A DNA stretch of 64,000 nt from an uncultured Alphaproteobacteria bacterium (GTDB lineage Bacteria > Pseudomonadota > Alphaproteobacteria > Methylaequorales > Methylaequoraceae). The number at the start of each line of letters is the position of its first letter. Position 1 is the first letter of the stretch. The stretch spans positions 20,785-84,784 of the forward strand of contig CACODD010000002.1 of NCBI GenBank assembly GCA_902625895.1, in the 5' to 3' direction. Position numbers and translations under genes: made by a program. The notes below the pieces were generated by a model. That model did no database searches. It was given only the letters and a program-made list of their open reading frames with translations, and had not been told where the DNA came from. Positions 30,465-40,563 of this stretch are shown here, in pieces.

Positions 30465-31490
30465 ATGAAACAAATAGACGCCATAATTTTATCTTGTTTT
30501 GGTTATGAACTTACGTCTAATGAAAAAAAATTTTTCAAAAATATTAATCCTTTTGGATTCATTCTTTTCAAAAGAAATTTTAAAAATAAAGAACAAATTA
30601 AACAATTAATACAAAACTTAAAAAAAGTAACTTTAAACCCTGATTTACTAATTTTCATTGATCAAGAAGGTGGTAGGGTGCAAAGACTAGATAACCACGA
30701 GTTTACTAAATTTCCTCCTCAAATGGCATTTGGGAATATATACAAAAAAGATAAGAAGAAGGCTATAGAATTAGCCTATAAATCTGCATTTTTAATGGGT
30801 AAACAACTTAAAGAAATTTGTATAGATGTTAATTTTTCACCAGTGTGTGACCTTTTTTTTGATAATGCACATAAAGTAATAGGTGATAGATCCTTTGGAT
30901 CAGATCCTGAATTAGTACTAAATTTATCAAATTCTTTTTGTAAAGCGCTTATAGACTCTGGAATTATTCCAGTACCAAAGCATTTTCCTGGCCATGGTAG
31001 ATCAAAATTCGATACACATTTGCAATCATCAATTATAAATGAAAGTTATAGTGATTTAATAAAAACCGATTTAGTACCATTTAAAATTCTTGATAAATCG
31101 TTAATGGTTATGTTGGCACATATCAAATATCCATTAATTGATTCAAAAGTTGCTACTTACTCAAATGAAATTACTAGGAATATTTTAAGGAAAAAGTTTA
31201 AATTTAAAGGTCTTGTGATTTCCGATGATATTTCAATGAAAGCAATAAAGGATGACCTTAAGACTAAAGTAATAAATTGTTATGAAGGTGGATGTGATAT
31301 AGTAATGTATTGTAAAGGAGATTTAAATGATATGAAATTAATTTATCCACTTGTGCAGGTTATAGAAAACAAAGTGATCAATTTCTTTTATAATCAAAAA
31401 AGAAAAATCATACCAAAAAGAAAAAATAATAACAAATTTAAGTCTGATCTGATAGAATATAATCTGATAAGTAATGCACCTAAATCTTAA
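30465..31490 (+). CDS. nagZ: Beta-N-acetylhexosaminidase (GH3)
   Basis: GH3 motifs …IDQEGGRVQR…, KHFPGHG. Confidence 0.85.
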   Translation: MKQIDAIILSCFGYELTSNEKKFFKNINPFGFILFKRNFKNKEQIKQLIQNLKKVTLNPDLLIFIDQEGGRVQRLDNHEFTKFPPQMAFGNIYKKDKKKAIELAYKSAFLMGKQLKEICIDVNFSPVCDLFFDNAHKVIGDRSFGSDPELVLNLSNSFCKALIDSGIIPVPKHFPGHGRSKFDTHLQSSIINESYSDLIKTDLVPFKILDKSLMVMLAHIKYPLIDSKVATYSNEITRNILRKKFKFKGLVISDDISMKAIKDDLKTKVINCYEGGCDIVMYCKGDLNDMKLIYPLVQVIENKVINFFYNQKRKIIPKRKNNNKFKSDLIEYNLISNAPKS

Positions 31491-32181
31491 CATAAGCGGA
31501 TATGAAGGACCTTTGGATTTATTACTTGATTTATCAAAAAAACAAAAAGTCGATATAAAAAAAATTTCAATACTAGAATTGGCTAATCAATACCTAAATT
31601 TTGTAGAAGAAAATCTTGAAAATTTAAAATTAACTGCTGACTATTTAGTAATGGCCTCTTTGTTAGCTTATTTGAAATCTAAGTTACTTATTCCTGAAGA
31701 AAAAGAAGAGGTTCAGGAAATTCAAGAGGATTTGACGCAAAGAATCGTTCATTATAATGCTATAAAAAAGTTGTCAAATAAAATATTTCAACTCCCTGTA
31801 GAAGGTCATGATTTCTTGAATATTTCAATTAAGAATGATTTCGTTATTAGTAATAAGATTGTACCAAAAATATCTCTACAAGATTTAATTTTAAAGTATT
31901 CTGAGATTTTTAAAAAAAAGAAATCAATTACACTTCTCACAGAGGAAAATGACTTTTACAGTCTAGAAGACGGCGAAAGGTGGCTTAGAAGTATTTTTAA
32001 ACTAAAAGAAAAAAATTGGTTAAATCTTTTTAAGTTTCTTCCAGAGGGTACTAAAAGTTTAAAAATGAAGAGGTCTGCAATATTATCTTTATTACTAGCT
32101 TCACTTGACAATGTTAATCAAGGAAAAATATTAATAAATCAAAAAGATCATTTCGAAGAAATCATGGTAAAATTAAAATAA
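31474..32181 (+). CDS. scpA: Segregation and condensation protein A
   Basis: ScpA-like N-terminus (YEGPLDLLLDL). Position before scpB. Confidence 0.8.
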   Translation: MHLNLNISGYEGPLDLLLDLSKKQKVDIKKISILELANQYLNFVEENLENLKLTADYLVMASLLAYLKSKLLIPEEKEEVQEIQEDLTQRIVHYNAIKKLSNKIFQLPVEGHDFLNISIKNDFVISNKIVPKISLQDLILKYSEIFKKKKSITLLTEENDFYSLEDGERWLRSIFKLKEKNWLNLFKFLPEGTKSLKMKRSAILSLLLASLDNVNQGKILINQKDHFEEIMVKLK

Positions 32182-32702
32182 TGGATAATAAGATTGCAAA
32201 AAATTTCATTGAATCTCTTATCTTTTCTGCGGATGAACCCTTGACAAAGGAAAGTATGAAGAAAATGCTTTCCTTTTATGGTGATTTTAATTTAGATCTT
32301 ATCCTTAGAGAGCTTAAAAACGATTATATGAATAGGGGTGTTCAATTGATTGAACTAGAAAAAAGATTTTATTTTAAAACAGCTGATACATTAAATGATT
32401 ACATGAGAATTGAGACAAAGAAAACTAGAAATTTGTCTCCTGCAGCAATGGAAACTTTAGCTATAATTTCTTATCATCAACCAGTTACAAGAGCTGAAAT
32501 AGAAAAAATTAGAGGAAAACCAGTTTTTAGAGGCACATTAGATACCTTATTGGAGTTAAAATGGATAAAACCCTCTGGTAGGAGGGAAACGCCTGGTCGA
32601 CCTGTGACATGGGTAACAGATTTTGAATTTTTAAGACACTTCGGGTTAAAATCTATCAAAGATTTACCAAAAGTTGATGAATTAGAATCAGTTATCTTGT
32701 AA
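32181..32702 (+). CDS. scpB: Segregation and condensation protein B
   Basis: Winged-helix ScpB motifs (…LSPAAMETLAIISYHQPVTRAEIE.IRG…). Confidence 0.85.
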   Translation: MDNKIAKNFIESLIFSADEPLTKESMKKMLSFYGDFNLDLILRELKNDYMNRGVQLIELEKRFYFKTADTLNDYMRIETKKTRNLSPAAMETLAIISYHQPVTRAEIEKIRGKPVFRGTLDTLLELKWIKPSGRRETPGRPVTWVTDFEFLRHFGLKSIKDLPKVDELESVIL

Positions 32703-32727
32703 TATATTTTTTAATAAGGGAGAGTTT

Positions 32728-32880
32728 ATGTTTGGTCTAGGTCATTGGGAAATTATTCTAATTCTGGTTATAGTTTTGATATTTTTCGGGGCGGGCAAGT
32801 TGCCAAAAGTAGCAGGAGAAATAGCCAAAGGGATTAAATCATTTAGGCAAGGTTTAAAAGATGATAAGAAAGAAAAGTAA
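32728..32880 (+). CDS. tatA: Sec-independent translocase subunit TatA (51 aa). Absent from the ORF track because it is under 60 aa.
   Basis: MFGLGHWEIILILVIVLIFFGAGKLPKVAGEIAKGIKSFRQGLKDDKKEK. Canonical TatA transmembrane helix, FG hinge and amphipathic helix. AAGGGAG ribosome-binding site 8 nt upstream. Confidence 0.8.
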   Translation: MFGLGHWEIILILVIVLIFFGAGKLPKVAGEIAKGIKSFRQGLKDDKKEK

Positions 32881-32889
32881 ATTAATTCT

Positions 32890-33132
32890 ATGTTTAATAT
32901 AGGTTTAATTGAATTTTTAATAATATTTTTTTTTTTTATTTTACTAGTTAAGCCTGAAGATATCCCAATTATTTTTAAAAATCTTGGTTTATTTTACAGA
33001 AAACTAAGTAGATATTTTTACAACATTAAATATGAAATCGATGAAATTAATAATGAATTTTCAGAAGTTAACATGAACAAAAAAAAAATAAATAATGAAG
33101 TATCTAGATCATCTAAAAGAACTAAGAAATAG
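32890..33132 (+). CDS. tatB: Sec-independent translocase subunit TatB
   Basis: MFNIGLIEFLIIFFFFILLVKPEDIP. TatA/B-family N-terminus between tatA and tatC. Confidence 0.7.
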   Translation: MFNIGLIEFLIIFFFFILLVKPEDIPIIFKNLGLFYRKLSRYFYNIKYEIDEINNEFSEVNMNKKKINNEVSRSSKRTKK

Positions 33133-33817
33133 ATTGCTTTTAAGCTTTTTATTTCTAACGATAAGTTTTATTTTTTTTTTTTATAATGCATCTCACTTAG
33201 GAGAACTTCTCTCTAAACCTTTATTCAAATTACTTGTTGATTCTGATTACAAAAGAATGATTTTTACTGGGTTACCAGAAGTTTTCGTATCTAACCTAAA
33301 AATATCATTGTTTGCGTCTTTTATTATTTCAATGCCCTTTTTAATTGTTCAAATGGTACTTTTCTTATCACCGGCAATGTATAAGAAAGAAAAAAAAATT
33401 TTAATGCCAATATTTTTTTTAGTTCCAATCTTATTTTTTTTTGGAATTGCTTTTGCATATTTTGTTTTAATTCCTTTTATTTGGTCTTTTTTTATTTCGT
33501 TTGAAAACTTTTTTTCGTCAGGTCTTAATTTGGAACTTGAATCTAGATATTCAGAATATATGAAATTAACAATGTTTCTGTTGTTTGCATCCGGAATGTC
33601 ATTTGAATTTCCAATTCTTTTAATAATTTTAACAAAATTTGGAATAGTCGATGTCAAATTCTTAAGAAAAAATAGAAAATACTTTTTTTTAGGAATTTTA
33701 GTTTTTTCAGCATTGTTCACCCCTCCTGATATTATTTCACAGTTAGGCATTGCTATTCCACTTATAATCTTTTATGAAGTTTCAATAGCCTTTATTTTTT
33801 TTTTTATGAGAAAGTAA
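33095..33817 (+). CDS. tatC: Sec-independent translocase subunit TatC
   Basis: LKELRNRLL... followed by six transmembrane helices. 240 aa. Confidence 0.85.
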   Translation: MKYLDHLKELRNRLLLSFLFLTISFIFFFYNASHLGELLSKPLFKLLVDSDYKRMIFTGLPEVFVSNLKISLFASFIISMPFLIVQMVLFLSPAMYKKEKKILMPIFFLVPILFFFGIAFAYFVLIPFIWSFFISFENFFSSGLNLELESRYSEYMKLTMFLLFASGMSFEFPILLIILTKFGIVDVKFLRKNRKYFFLGILVFSALFTPPDIISQLGIAIPLIIFYEVSIAFIFFFMRK

Positions 33818-33821
33818 AATT

Positions 33822-35099
33822 TTGCACGATATAAAGTTTATAAAAAATAACCCTTCACTTTTAGATGATTCTTTAAAAAAAAGAAAGTTACCACCTTGTA
33901 GTTCTAAAATTGTAAAAATTCATAACGAATATTTAGAACAATTAAACAAAAAACAAAAATTATTAGAAGAAAAAAACTCATTATCTAAATCTTTTTTAAA
34001 TAAAGAGAAAAACGTAGAAAAAATTAAAACATTGGTTCATGAATTAAAAATAAAAATTGACAGGATAAATGGTCTCGCAGATTTAAAATTACGTGAGTTA
34101 AATCAATCATTGCTGTTTCTTCCTAATATTCTGTCCAAAAAAGTTCCTGATGGAGAGTCTGAAGAAGATAACAGAATCGTTAAAGAATATGGTGAAATAA
34201 AAAGCTTTAATTTTAAACCTAAAAATCATTTGGAATTAGCAGAAAATCTTGGCCTAATTGATTATAAAAAAGCAATAAAGATTTCAGGAAGTAGATTTTC
34301 AATATTAAAAAGTGATTTGGCAAAACTTCATAGAGGGCTAATTAATTTTTTACTTGATAATAATTCACTGGAATTTGGTTTCGAGGAGTATGTTGTTCCA
34401 GAACTTGTAAAAGGAGAGGCTCTCAAAGGAACAGGTCAACTTCCAAAATTTGAAGAAGATCTATTTAAAACAAATTTTAACGATCTATATCTTATTCCTA
34501 CTTCGGAGGTTCCCTTAACAAATTTGAATAGAGATTCAATTATAAATAAAAATGATTTGCCTTTAAAATATACGACATATACAAATTGCTTTAGAGCAGA
34601 GGCCGGAGCATCAGGTTCAGATACTAAAGGATTAATGAGAGAGCATCAGTTCGGAAAAGTGGAGTTAGTAACAATTTCGGAACCGGAACAATCAAATGAA
34701 GAATTAAATAACATGATTATTTGCGTTGAAAATATATTGAAGAAATTGTCTATACCTTACAGAGTTGTAGAACTTTGTTCTGGTGATATTGGTTTTTCAT
34801 CCTCTTACACTCTTGATATAGAAATATGGATGCCAGGTCAAAATAAATATAGAGAAGTATCGAGTTGTTCAAACTGTACTGATTTTCAATCAAGAAGAAT
34901 GAAAATGCGTATTAAAAATTTTGAAAGTGGAGAAATTTATTATCCACATACGCTCAATGGTTCGTCTTTAGCTATTGGAAGGCTTTTAATATCCATTCTT
35001 GAAAATTATCAAAATGAGGATGGTACAATCCGAATTCCATCAATCCTGAAAGAATATACAAATGGTTTAAGTATTATTTCTAATGATAAAAAAATCTGA
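33822..35099 (+). CDS. serS: Serine--tRNA ligase
   Basis: N-terminal coiled-coil arm. Class II motifs (…FRAEAGASG…, …GRLLISILENYQ…). Confidence 0.9.
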   Translation: MHDIKFIKNNPSLLDDSLKKRKLPPCSSKIVKIHNEYLEQLNKKQKLLEEKNSLSKSFLNKEKNVEKIKTLVHELKIKIDRINGLADLKLRELNQSLLFLPNILSKKVPDGESEEDNRIVKEYGEIKSFNFKPKNHLELAENLGLIDYKKAIKISGSRFSILKSDLAKLHRGLINFLLDNNSLEFGFEEYVVPELVKGEALKGTGQLPKFEEDLFKTNFNDLYLIPTSEVPLTNLNRDSIINKNDLPLKYTTYTNCFRAEAGASGSDTKGLMREHQFGKVELVTISEPEQSNEELNNMIICVENILKKLSIPYRVVELCSGDIGFSSSYTLDIEIWMPGQNKYREVSSCSNCTDFQSRRMKMRIKNFESGEIYYPHTLNGSSLAIGRLLISILENYQNEDGTIRIPSILKEYTNGLSIISNDKKI

Positions 35100-35730
35100 A
35101 ATTAAAAAAAAAATTAATTTAATTTTAGAACTTCAAAACCATGGTATTGATAACGCGGATGTTTTAAAAGTTATGGAGGAAGTTGATAGGCAAATCTTTG
35201 TAGAAGAAAGTCTAAGACAAAAAGCTTTTGATAATATAGCTCTTCCTATAGGTTGTGGACAAACTATATCTCAACCGCTTGTTGTCGCGTTAATGACACA
35301 ATTTTTAGATATAAAAAAAAATATGAGAGTATTAGAGATTGGAACTGGAAGTGGCTATCAAACTTATATTCTCTCCAAATTAGCAAGATTTGTTTACACT
35401 GTGGAAAGACATAAATTCTTGTCCATCAATGCATATAATCTTTTTAAAAAACTTATGGTTACAAATATTTTTTGTAAGCATGATGATGGTGGCCTTGGGT
35501 GGAAGGATCAAGCACCTTTCGACAGAATAATAGTTACAGCTAGTGCTCCTGAGATTCCTGGAAAGTTAATCGAGCAATTATCAATCAACGGTAAAATGAT
35601 TATTCCAATTGGAGACCAACACAATGATCAAATTTTAAAGAGTATTTCAAAAAATAACGAAAGACTCATAATTACTGATATTGGTTCAGTAAGATTTGTC
35701 CCACTATTAGAAGGAAAAGAGAATAAATGA
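35083..35730 (+). CDS. pcm: Protein-L-isoaspartate O-methyltransferase
   Basis: Signature LPIGCGQTISQP. SAM motif VLEIGTGSGYQT. Confidence 0.85.
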   Translation: MIKKSEIKKKINLILELQNHGIDNADVLKVMEEVDRQIFVEESLRQKAFDNIALPIGCGQTISQPLVVALMTQFLDIKKNMRVLEIGTGSGYQTYILSKLARFVYTVERHKFLSINAYNLFKKLMVTNIFCKHDDGGLGWKDQAPFDRIIVTASAPEIPGKLIEQLSINGKMIIPIGDQHNDQILKSISKNNERLIITDIGSVRFVPLLEGKENK

Positions 35731-36605
35731 AAAATTTGTACATATTTTTCTTTTTTTTGGTAATGAGTTGCGAAAGTTACTTGTATGATAATTATAAAAT
35801 CATTGATTATAAAAGCAAAGTCAGTCGTGATTATATTCAAAAGAATAATCTATACAAAGTAAGAAAAGGTGATAATCTTTTTTCAATATCTCGTCGATTC
35901 AATATCTCAATTCAAGATCTTATTAAAGTCAATAAAATACAAGAACCATATAAAATATTTCCAAATCAAAGTATTTTCATTCCTCAAAATCAAATTCATA
36001 CAGTTGTAAAAGGCGAAACTCTTTATTCCATATCGAGGTATTATGAAACAACAGTGTTTACACTCGCAAAATACAACAATATTAAAAATGTTAACAACAT
36101 AAAAGTTGGGAAAGAATTAATTATTCCTAAAAGAAGTAAAAAAAAAAAAAAAATTAAAAACAAAAAATGGGATAGTAACTTCAAAAAAAAAAACATAGAA
36201 AATAATAAAAATGTAATACTTAGGGATAATAAAACTTCACAATTTATTTGGCCTGTAAAAGGTAAGCTACTTTCAAAATATGGTAAATCAAAAGAGGGAT
36301 TTTATAATGATGGAATAAACATTGACTCAAAAAAAGGAACAAAAGTAATGTCATCACAAGCTGGAAAAGTGATTTATTGCGGAAATGAAATCCCAGGTTA
36401 TGGAAATTTAATTTTAATAAAACATTCAAAAAACTGGATAACTGCATATGCACATCTAAATGAAGTTTTCACAGAAAAAGGTAAGAAGGTCCGTAAAGGT
36501 GAAATAATTGGTTCGGTTGGTAATACAGGTAACGTAAGGTCACCGCAACTTCATTTTGAAATTCGCAAAGGTAAGGATTCTGTTAATCCGTTAAAATTAC
36601 TTTAA
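35727..36605 (+). CDS. nlpD: LysM-domain M23 peptidase lipoprotein (NlpD-like)
   Basis: Lipobox FLVMSC. Two LysM repeats (…YKVRKGDNLFSISRRF…, …HTVVKGETLYSISRYY…). C-terminal M23 (…HLHFEIR…). Confidence 0.8.
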   Translation: MKNLYIFFFFLVMSCESYLYDNYKIIDYKSKVSRDYIQKNNLYKVRKGDNLFSISRRFNISIQDLIKVNKIQEPYKIFPNQSIFIPQNQIHTVVKGETLYSISRYYETTVFTLAKYNNIKNVNNIKVGKELIIPKRSKKKKKIKNKKWDSNFKKKNIENNKNVILRDNKTSQFIWPVKGKLLSKYGKSKEGFYNDGINIDSKKGTKVMSSQAGKVIYCGNEIPGYGNLILIKHSKNWITAYAHLNEVFTEKGKKVRKGEIIGSVGNTGNVRSPQLHFEIRKGKDSVNPLKLL

Positions 36606-36619
36606 TAATGACTAATCTA

Positions 36620-37384
36620 TTATTTAAGATTTTTTACAAATTGCTGAGCTGTCCTTCCAGAAAAATTTCCTTTTTCAATTGACCAATTTAAAGCTTTTCT
36701 TTCTAAATATTGCGAAAATTTAATTGAGTTTTTTTTTAAATAATATTTCACAATGTTAATATATTGCTCTTGACTGGAGTCATAAAAACCGACCCAACAC
36801 CCGAATCGATCAGATAAGGATATTAGATTTTGATTATTTTCTTTATTTTCGATATCATTATTTGAAATATCTGTGTTTCGATGCGATAGATGCCTCAAAT
36901 TTGATGTTATATAATAACGAACATTTTCAACATGACTTAGAAGACTTCCTTCAATGAGTGTTTTAAATAAATTGAAGTTATCATCATTATCTTTAAATGA
37001 AATATCATCTATAAAAATAATGAATTTATATTGATATTTAGTTATATGGTATACAATATCTATTAAATGCTCAATATTGTTGTTTAAGACTTCCAGCACT
37101 TTTAAGTTTTCGTTAAATTCTTTATTACAATAATCTGCAACGCATTTTACTAATGATGATTTACCCATGCCCTTTGCTCCCCAAAGTAAAATATTATTTG
37201 AATATTTATTCTCCAAAAAATTTTTTGTGTTATTAAGAACAACATTTTTTTGGTAACTAATTTCTAAAAGATCTTCTAGCTTCACATTAAAATTTGTTTT
37301 TACAGGTTCTAACTTGTTACTTCTTGGAATAAAAATAAAAAAATTATTTTCTTTTAGTTGTTTGACATTGTTAAAAACACTCAT
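36620..37384 (-). CDS. P-loop ATPase, DUF815/AAA-like
   Basis: Walker A LLWGAKGMGKSSLV. Walker B-like FIIFIDDIS. Confidence 0.5.
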   Translation of the reverse strand: MSVFNNVKQLKENNFFIFIPRSNKLEPVKTNFNVKLEDLLEISYQKNVVLNNTKNFLENKYSNNILLWGAKGMGKSSLVKCVADYCNKEFNENLKVLEVLNNNIEHLIDIVYHITKYQYKFIIFIDDISFKDNDDNFNLFKTLIEGSLLSHVENVRYYITSNLRHLSHRNTDISNNDIENKENNQNLISLSDRFGCWVGFYDSSQEQYINIVKYYLKKNSIKFSQYLERKALNWSIEKGNFSGRTAQQFVKNLK

Positions 37385-37491
37385 AACTTTTTCATATTTT
37401 AATCAAATTCTTATTTTATACTTGTATTTATAAAGATTTTCTATATTGATTTCATTGTATTTAAATGTAAACAATTATTTAAAGGAAAATC

Positions 37492-37791
37492 ATGATTAAT
37501 TATGCTCATGCTCAAACAGCTGCTCAGCAGCCTTCGATGCTAGCCTCATTCATTCCATTAATTTTAATTTTCTTAATTTTTTATTTTCTTCTGATTAGAC
37601 CACAACAAAAAAAACAAAAAGAGCATAAAATTCTCCTAGACTCAATCCAAAGAGGGGATGAAATTTTATCAAGTGGAGGAATTTTAGGAAAAGTTATAAA
37701 AGTAGATAATGATAAACTTACAGTTGAAATAGCAAAAGGTGTTAATGTTACTATCATCCGATCAACTGTTGCTGATGTAATTAAAAAATAA
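37492..37791 (+). CDS. yajC: Preprotein translocase subunit YajC
   Basis: Single transmembrane segment then LIRPQQKKQKEH...GGILGKV. Upstream of secD. Confidence 0.8.
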   Translation: MINYAHAQTAAQQPSMLASFIPLILIFLIFYFLLIRPQQKKQKEHKILLDSIQRGDEILSSGGILGKVIKVDNDKLTVEIAKGVNVTIIRSTVADVIKK

Positions 37792-37798
37792 AAATAAA

Positions 37799-39373
37799 AT
37801 GCTAAAAATTAATAAATGGAACGTTTTTTTTGTTTTGGCAGTTTGCGTGACAGCAATATATTATATAATTCCAAATATTTATGGAAAAAGTGAGGTTACT
37901 GCACTTCCAAAATTCCTTTCACAGAAGCAAGTTAATTTAGGACTTGATCTTCAGGGTGGATCTCACTTACTTCTTGAAGTTGACACCAAATCAGTTTTAA
38001 AAGAAAAATCTGAAGATTTAGTTGACGATATTAGAAAGTCTTTGAGGAAATCAAAAATTAAATACTCTAATCTTGGTTCGAAAATAACAGGAGCAGTGGT
38101 TACAATTACTGATCCAGAAAAAATTACTTTAGCCAAAAACAGCATCAAAGAAAATATTGAAAAGGGTATTTTAATTGAAGAATCCAAAAATAAATTAAAC
38201 CTATTTTTTTCTGATCAATATATCATTGATACTAGATCTAATACAGTGGAACAATCTATTGAAGTTGTAAGGAAAAGAGTTGATGAATCTGGAACAAAAG
38301 AGCCCTCTATCCAAAGACAAGGAGAAGAAAGAATTGTTGTTCAGCTTCCAGGAATCAAAAATCCGGAGAGAGTTAAAGCTTTGATAGGTAGAACTGCAAA
38401 ACTGAATTTTCATATGCTAGATCCAACCACAGTAGAGCTTGCCGAACAAAGAGGAAAACTTCCACCTGGAACTTTTAAAGCCCTAAATTCTGATCCAACC
38501 GCTTATGAGAAACAGTTTGTTGTTAAAAAAAGAGTACTACTAACTGGGGAAAGGCTCAAAAATGCTGCTGCAACTGTTGACGCGCAAACTGGAAGGTATG
38601 TGGTTGCTTTTGAGTTTGATAAGAAGGGTGCAAAGAAATTTGCCAAAGTTACTACCGATAATACTTATCAAAGATTAGCAATTCTTCTTGATAATAAAGT
38701 AATAAGTGCTCCTCAGATAAGAGAACCAATTACTGGAGGTCAGGGAAATATTAGTGGTAATTTTTCACCTGAAGCTGCCAACGATTTAGCAGTTCTTTTA
38801 AGAGCTGGATCTCTCCCAGCTCCTATCAAGGTATTAGAGGAAAGAACAGTAGGTCCTAGTCTTGGCATTGATTCTATAGAAGCAGGTAAAAAAGCATTAG
38901 TAATTGGTTTTATTTTAGTAATAGTATTTATGATCATAAGATATAAAGCTTTTGGAATTGTTGCTGATTTTGCCATAATTTTCAATATCATTTTGTTGAT
39001 TTCGATGTTAAGCGCGATAGAAGCTACCTTAACGATGCCAGGGATAGCTGGCATAGTTCTAACGGTCGGTATGGCAGTCGACGCAAATGTTTTGGTATTT
39101 GAGAGAATAAAAGAGGAAATAAGGTCTGGAAGATCAATATTGAACTCCATTGATTTAGGTTATAAATTTGCAATAAAAACAATTTTAGATGCAAATTTTA
39201 CAACTCTCATTGCAGCACTATTGTTATATAACTATGGATCAGGACCGATAAAAGGTTTCGCAGTAACTTTGAGTATCGGTATCTTAACATCAATGTTTAC
39301 AGCGTTAATATTAACTAAACTAATAGTAACTTTTTGGGTCCTCAAGCTAAAACCGAAAAGATTGTACATCTAA
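37799..39373 (+). CDS. secD: Protein translocase subunit SecD
   Basis: LGLDLQGGSHLLLEV motif. C-terminal 6-transmembrane bundle. Confidence 0.9.
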   Translation: MLKINKWNVFFVLAVCVTAIYYIIPNIYGKSEVTALPKFLSQKQVNLGLDLQGGSHLLLEVDTKSVLKEKSEDLVDDIRKSLRKSKIKYSNLGSKITGAVVTITDPEKITLAKNSIKENIEKGILIEESKNKLNLFFSDQYIIDTRSNTVEQSIEVVRKRVDESGTKEPSIQRQGEERIVVQLPGIKNPERVKALIGRTAKLNFHMLDPTTVELAEQRGKLPPGTFKALNSDPTAYEKQFVVKKRVLLTGERLKNAAATVDAQTGRYVVAFEFDKKGAKKFAKVTTDNTYQRLAILLDNKVISAPQIREPITGGQGNISGNFSPEAANDLAVLLRAGSLPAPIKVLEERTVGPSLGIDSIEAGKKALVIGFILVIVFMIIRYKAFGIVADFAIIFNIILLISMLSAIEATLTMPGIAGIVLTVGMAVDANVLVFERIKEEIRSGRSILNSIDLGYKFAIKTILDANFTTLIAALLLYNYGSGPIKGFAVTLSIGILTSMFTALILTKLIVTFWVLKLKPKRLYI

Positions 39374-39378
39374 AGACC

Positions 39379-40260
39379 ATGAAATTTAATATTAATTTTT
39401 TCAAATACAGATTTGTCGCTTTTTTATTGTCCATATCATTGATGGGACTGTCAGCCTTCCTATTTCTGACCAAAAACTTAAATCTTGGTATTGATTTTAA
39501 AGGTGGAATCATGGTCGAAGCTAAATTTTCTCAAGCCCCTAACCTTGCTATATTGAGAGACAAAATAGACAAATTACAAATTGGAAACTCTGAAATACAG
39601 GAATTTGGTGATTCTAACACAATTTTATTCAGATTAGAAAAAATTGATGACAGTAACATGACCCAAGAGCAAATTATTCAAAAATTAAAAAATGAATTAG
39701 ATAGTGATACTGATTACAGAAGAGTTGAATTCGTTGGACCTAAAGTTGGTAAAGAGCTTAAATCAATTGCAATAAAAGCGGTATTATTCTCTTTAATTGC
39801 AATGTTCATTTATATTTGGTTTAGATTTTCTGGTTGGCAATTTGGTCTTGGTGCTTTAGTAGCTCTGTTTCACGATGTTCTTTCAACTATGGGTTTTTTT
39901 TCTTTAACACAAATAGAGTTCAATTTGGCTTCGATTGCTGCTATTTTAACTATTGCAGGTTATTCAATTAACGATACAGTTGTTGTATTTGACAGAATAA
40001 GGGAAAATTTAGTTAAAACAGACAGAGAGTTAGAGGAATTGCTAAATCAATCTATTAATCAGACTTTGTCAAGAACGTTAATGACTTCAATTACTACACT
40101 TCTAGCTTTATTGGCATTATTTGTTTTTGGAGGAGAAGTAGTAAAAGGTTTTGTTTCTGCAATGATGTGGGGAGTTTTAATTGGCACGTACTCGTCTATA
40201 TTTATTGCCTCTCCATTAATTTTATTTTTTGGTTTTAAAAAAGTCGAAGAAAAATCATAA
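39379..40260 (+). CDS. secF: Protein translocase subunit SecF
   Basis: …GIDFKGG… motif and 6 transmembrane helices. I chose the ATG at 39379 (MKFNINFF), which lies after the secD stop, rather than the extended upstream frame given in the ORF track. Confidence 0.9.
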   Translation: MKFNINFFKYRFVAFLLSISLMGLSAFLFLTKNLNLGIDFKGGIMVEAKFSQAPNLAILRDKIDKLQIGNSEIQEFGDSNTILFRLEKIDDSNMTQEQIIQKLKNELDSDTDYRRVEFVGPKVGKELKSIAIKAVLFSLIAMFIYIWFRFSGWQFGLGALVALFHDVLSTMGFFSLTQIEFNLASIAAILTIAGYSINDTVVVFDRIRENLVKTDRELEELLNQSINQTLSRTLMTSITTLLALLALFVFGGEVVKGFVSAMMWGVLIGTYSSIFIASPLILFFGFKKVEEKS

Positions 40261-40563
40261 ATGAAATTTTATTGATGATTTAGAAATAGAAAAAACTATT
40301 TGACCTAATATATTGTATTCTTTTATAGGTCCAACTTGTGTTTTTGAAATACTAGATTGATGTTCCCCTTCAAACCAAAAATTATTTGAAGAATCTATTT
40401 TAACCAGCTTTTTTACCAATTTGCCGAAAGTCTCATGTTGAAATATGAAAAATTTATTAATTTTTTTTTTTTTAAAAGGTTTGATCAATACAAACGTATT
40501 ATTATTTAAAGAAGGAGACATGCTGTCTCCTTCAATTTTATAGAATGAGAGTTTTAAAAACAT
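40255..40563 (-). CDS. sodX: Ni-SOD maturation peptidase (S24/S26 signal-peptidase-like, SodX)
   Basis: GDSMSPSL catalytic-serine box. 102 aa. Immediately downstream of sodN. Confidence 0.6.
   Translation of the reverse strand: MFLKLSFYKIEGDSMSPSLNNNTFVLIKPFKKKKINKFFIFQHETFGKLVKKLVKIDSSNNFWFEGEHQSSISKTQVGPIKEYNILGQIVFSISKSSIKFHL

Noticed and set aside
39334-39378. Extended N-terminus for secF given by the ORF track (MGPQAKTEKIVHLKT…)
   Set aside because: This stretch overlaps the 3' end of secD. The ATG at 39379 follows the secD stop and gives the canonical SecF N-terminus.
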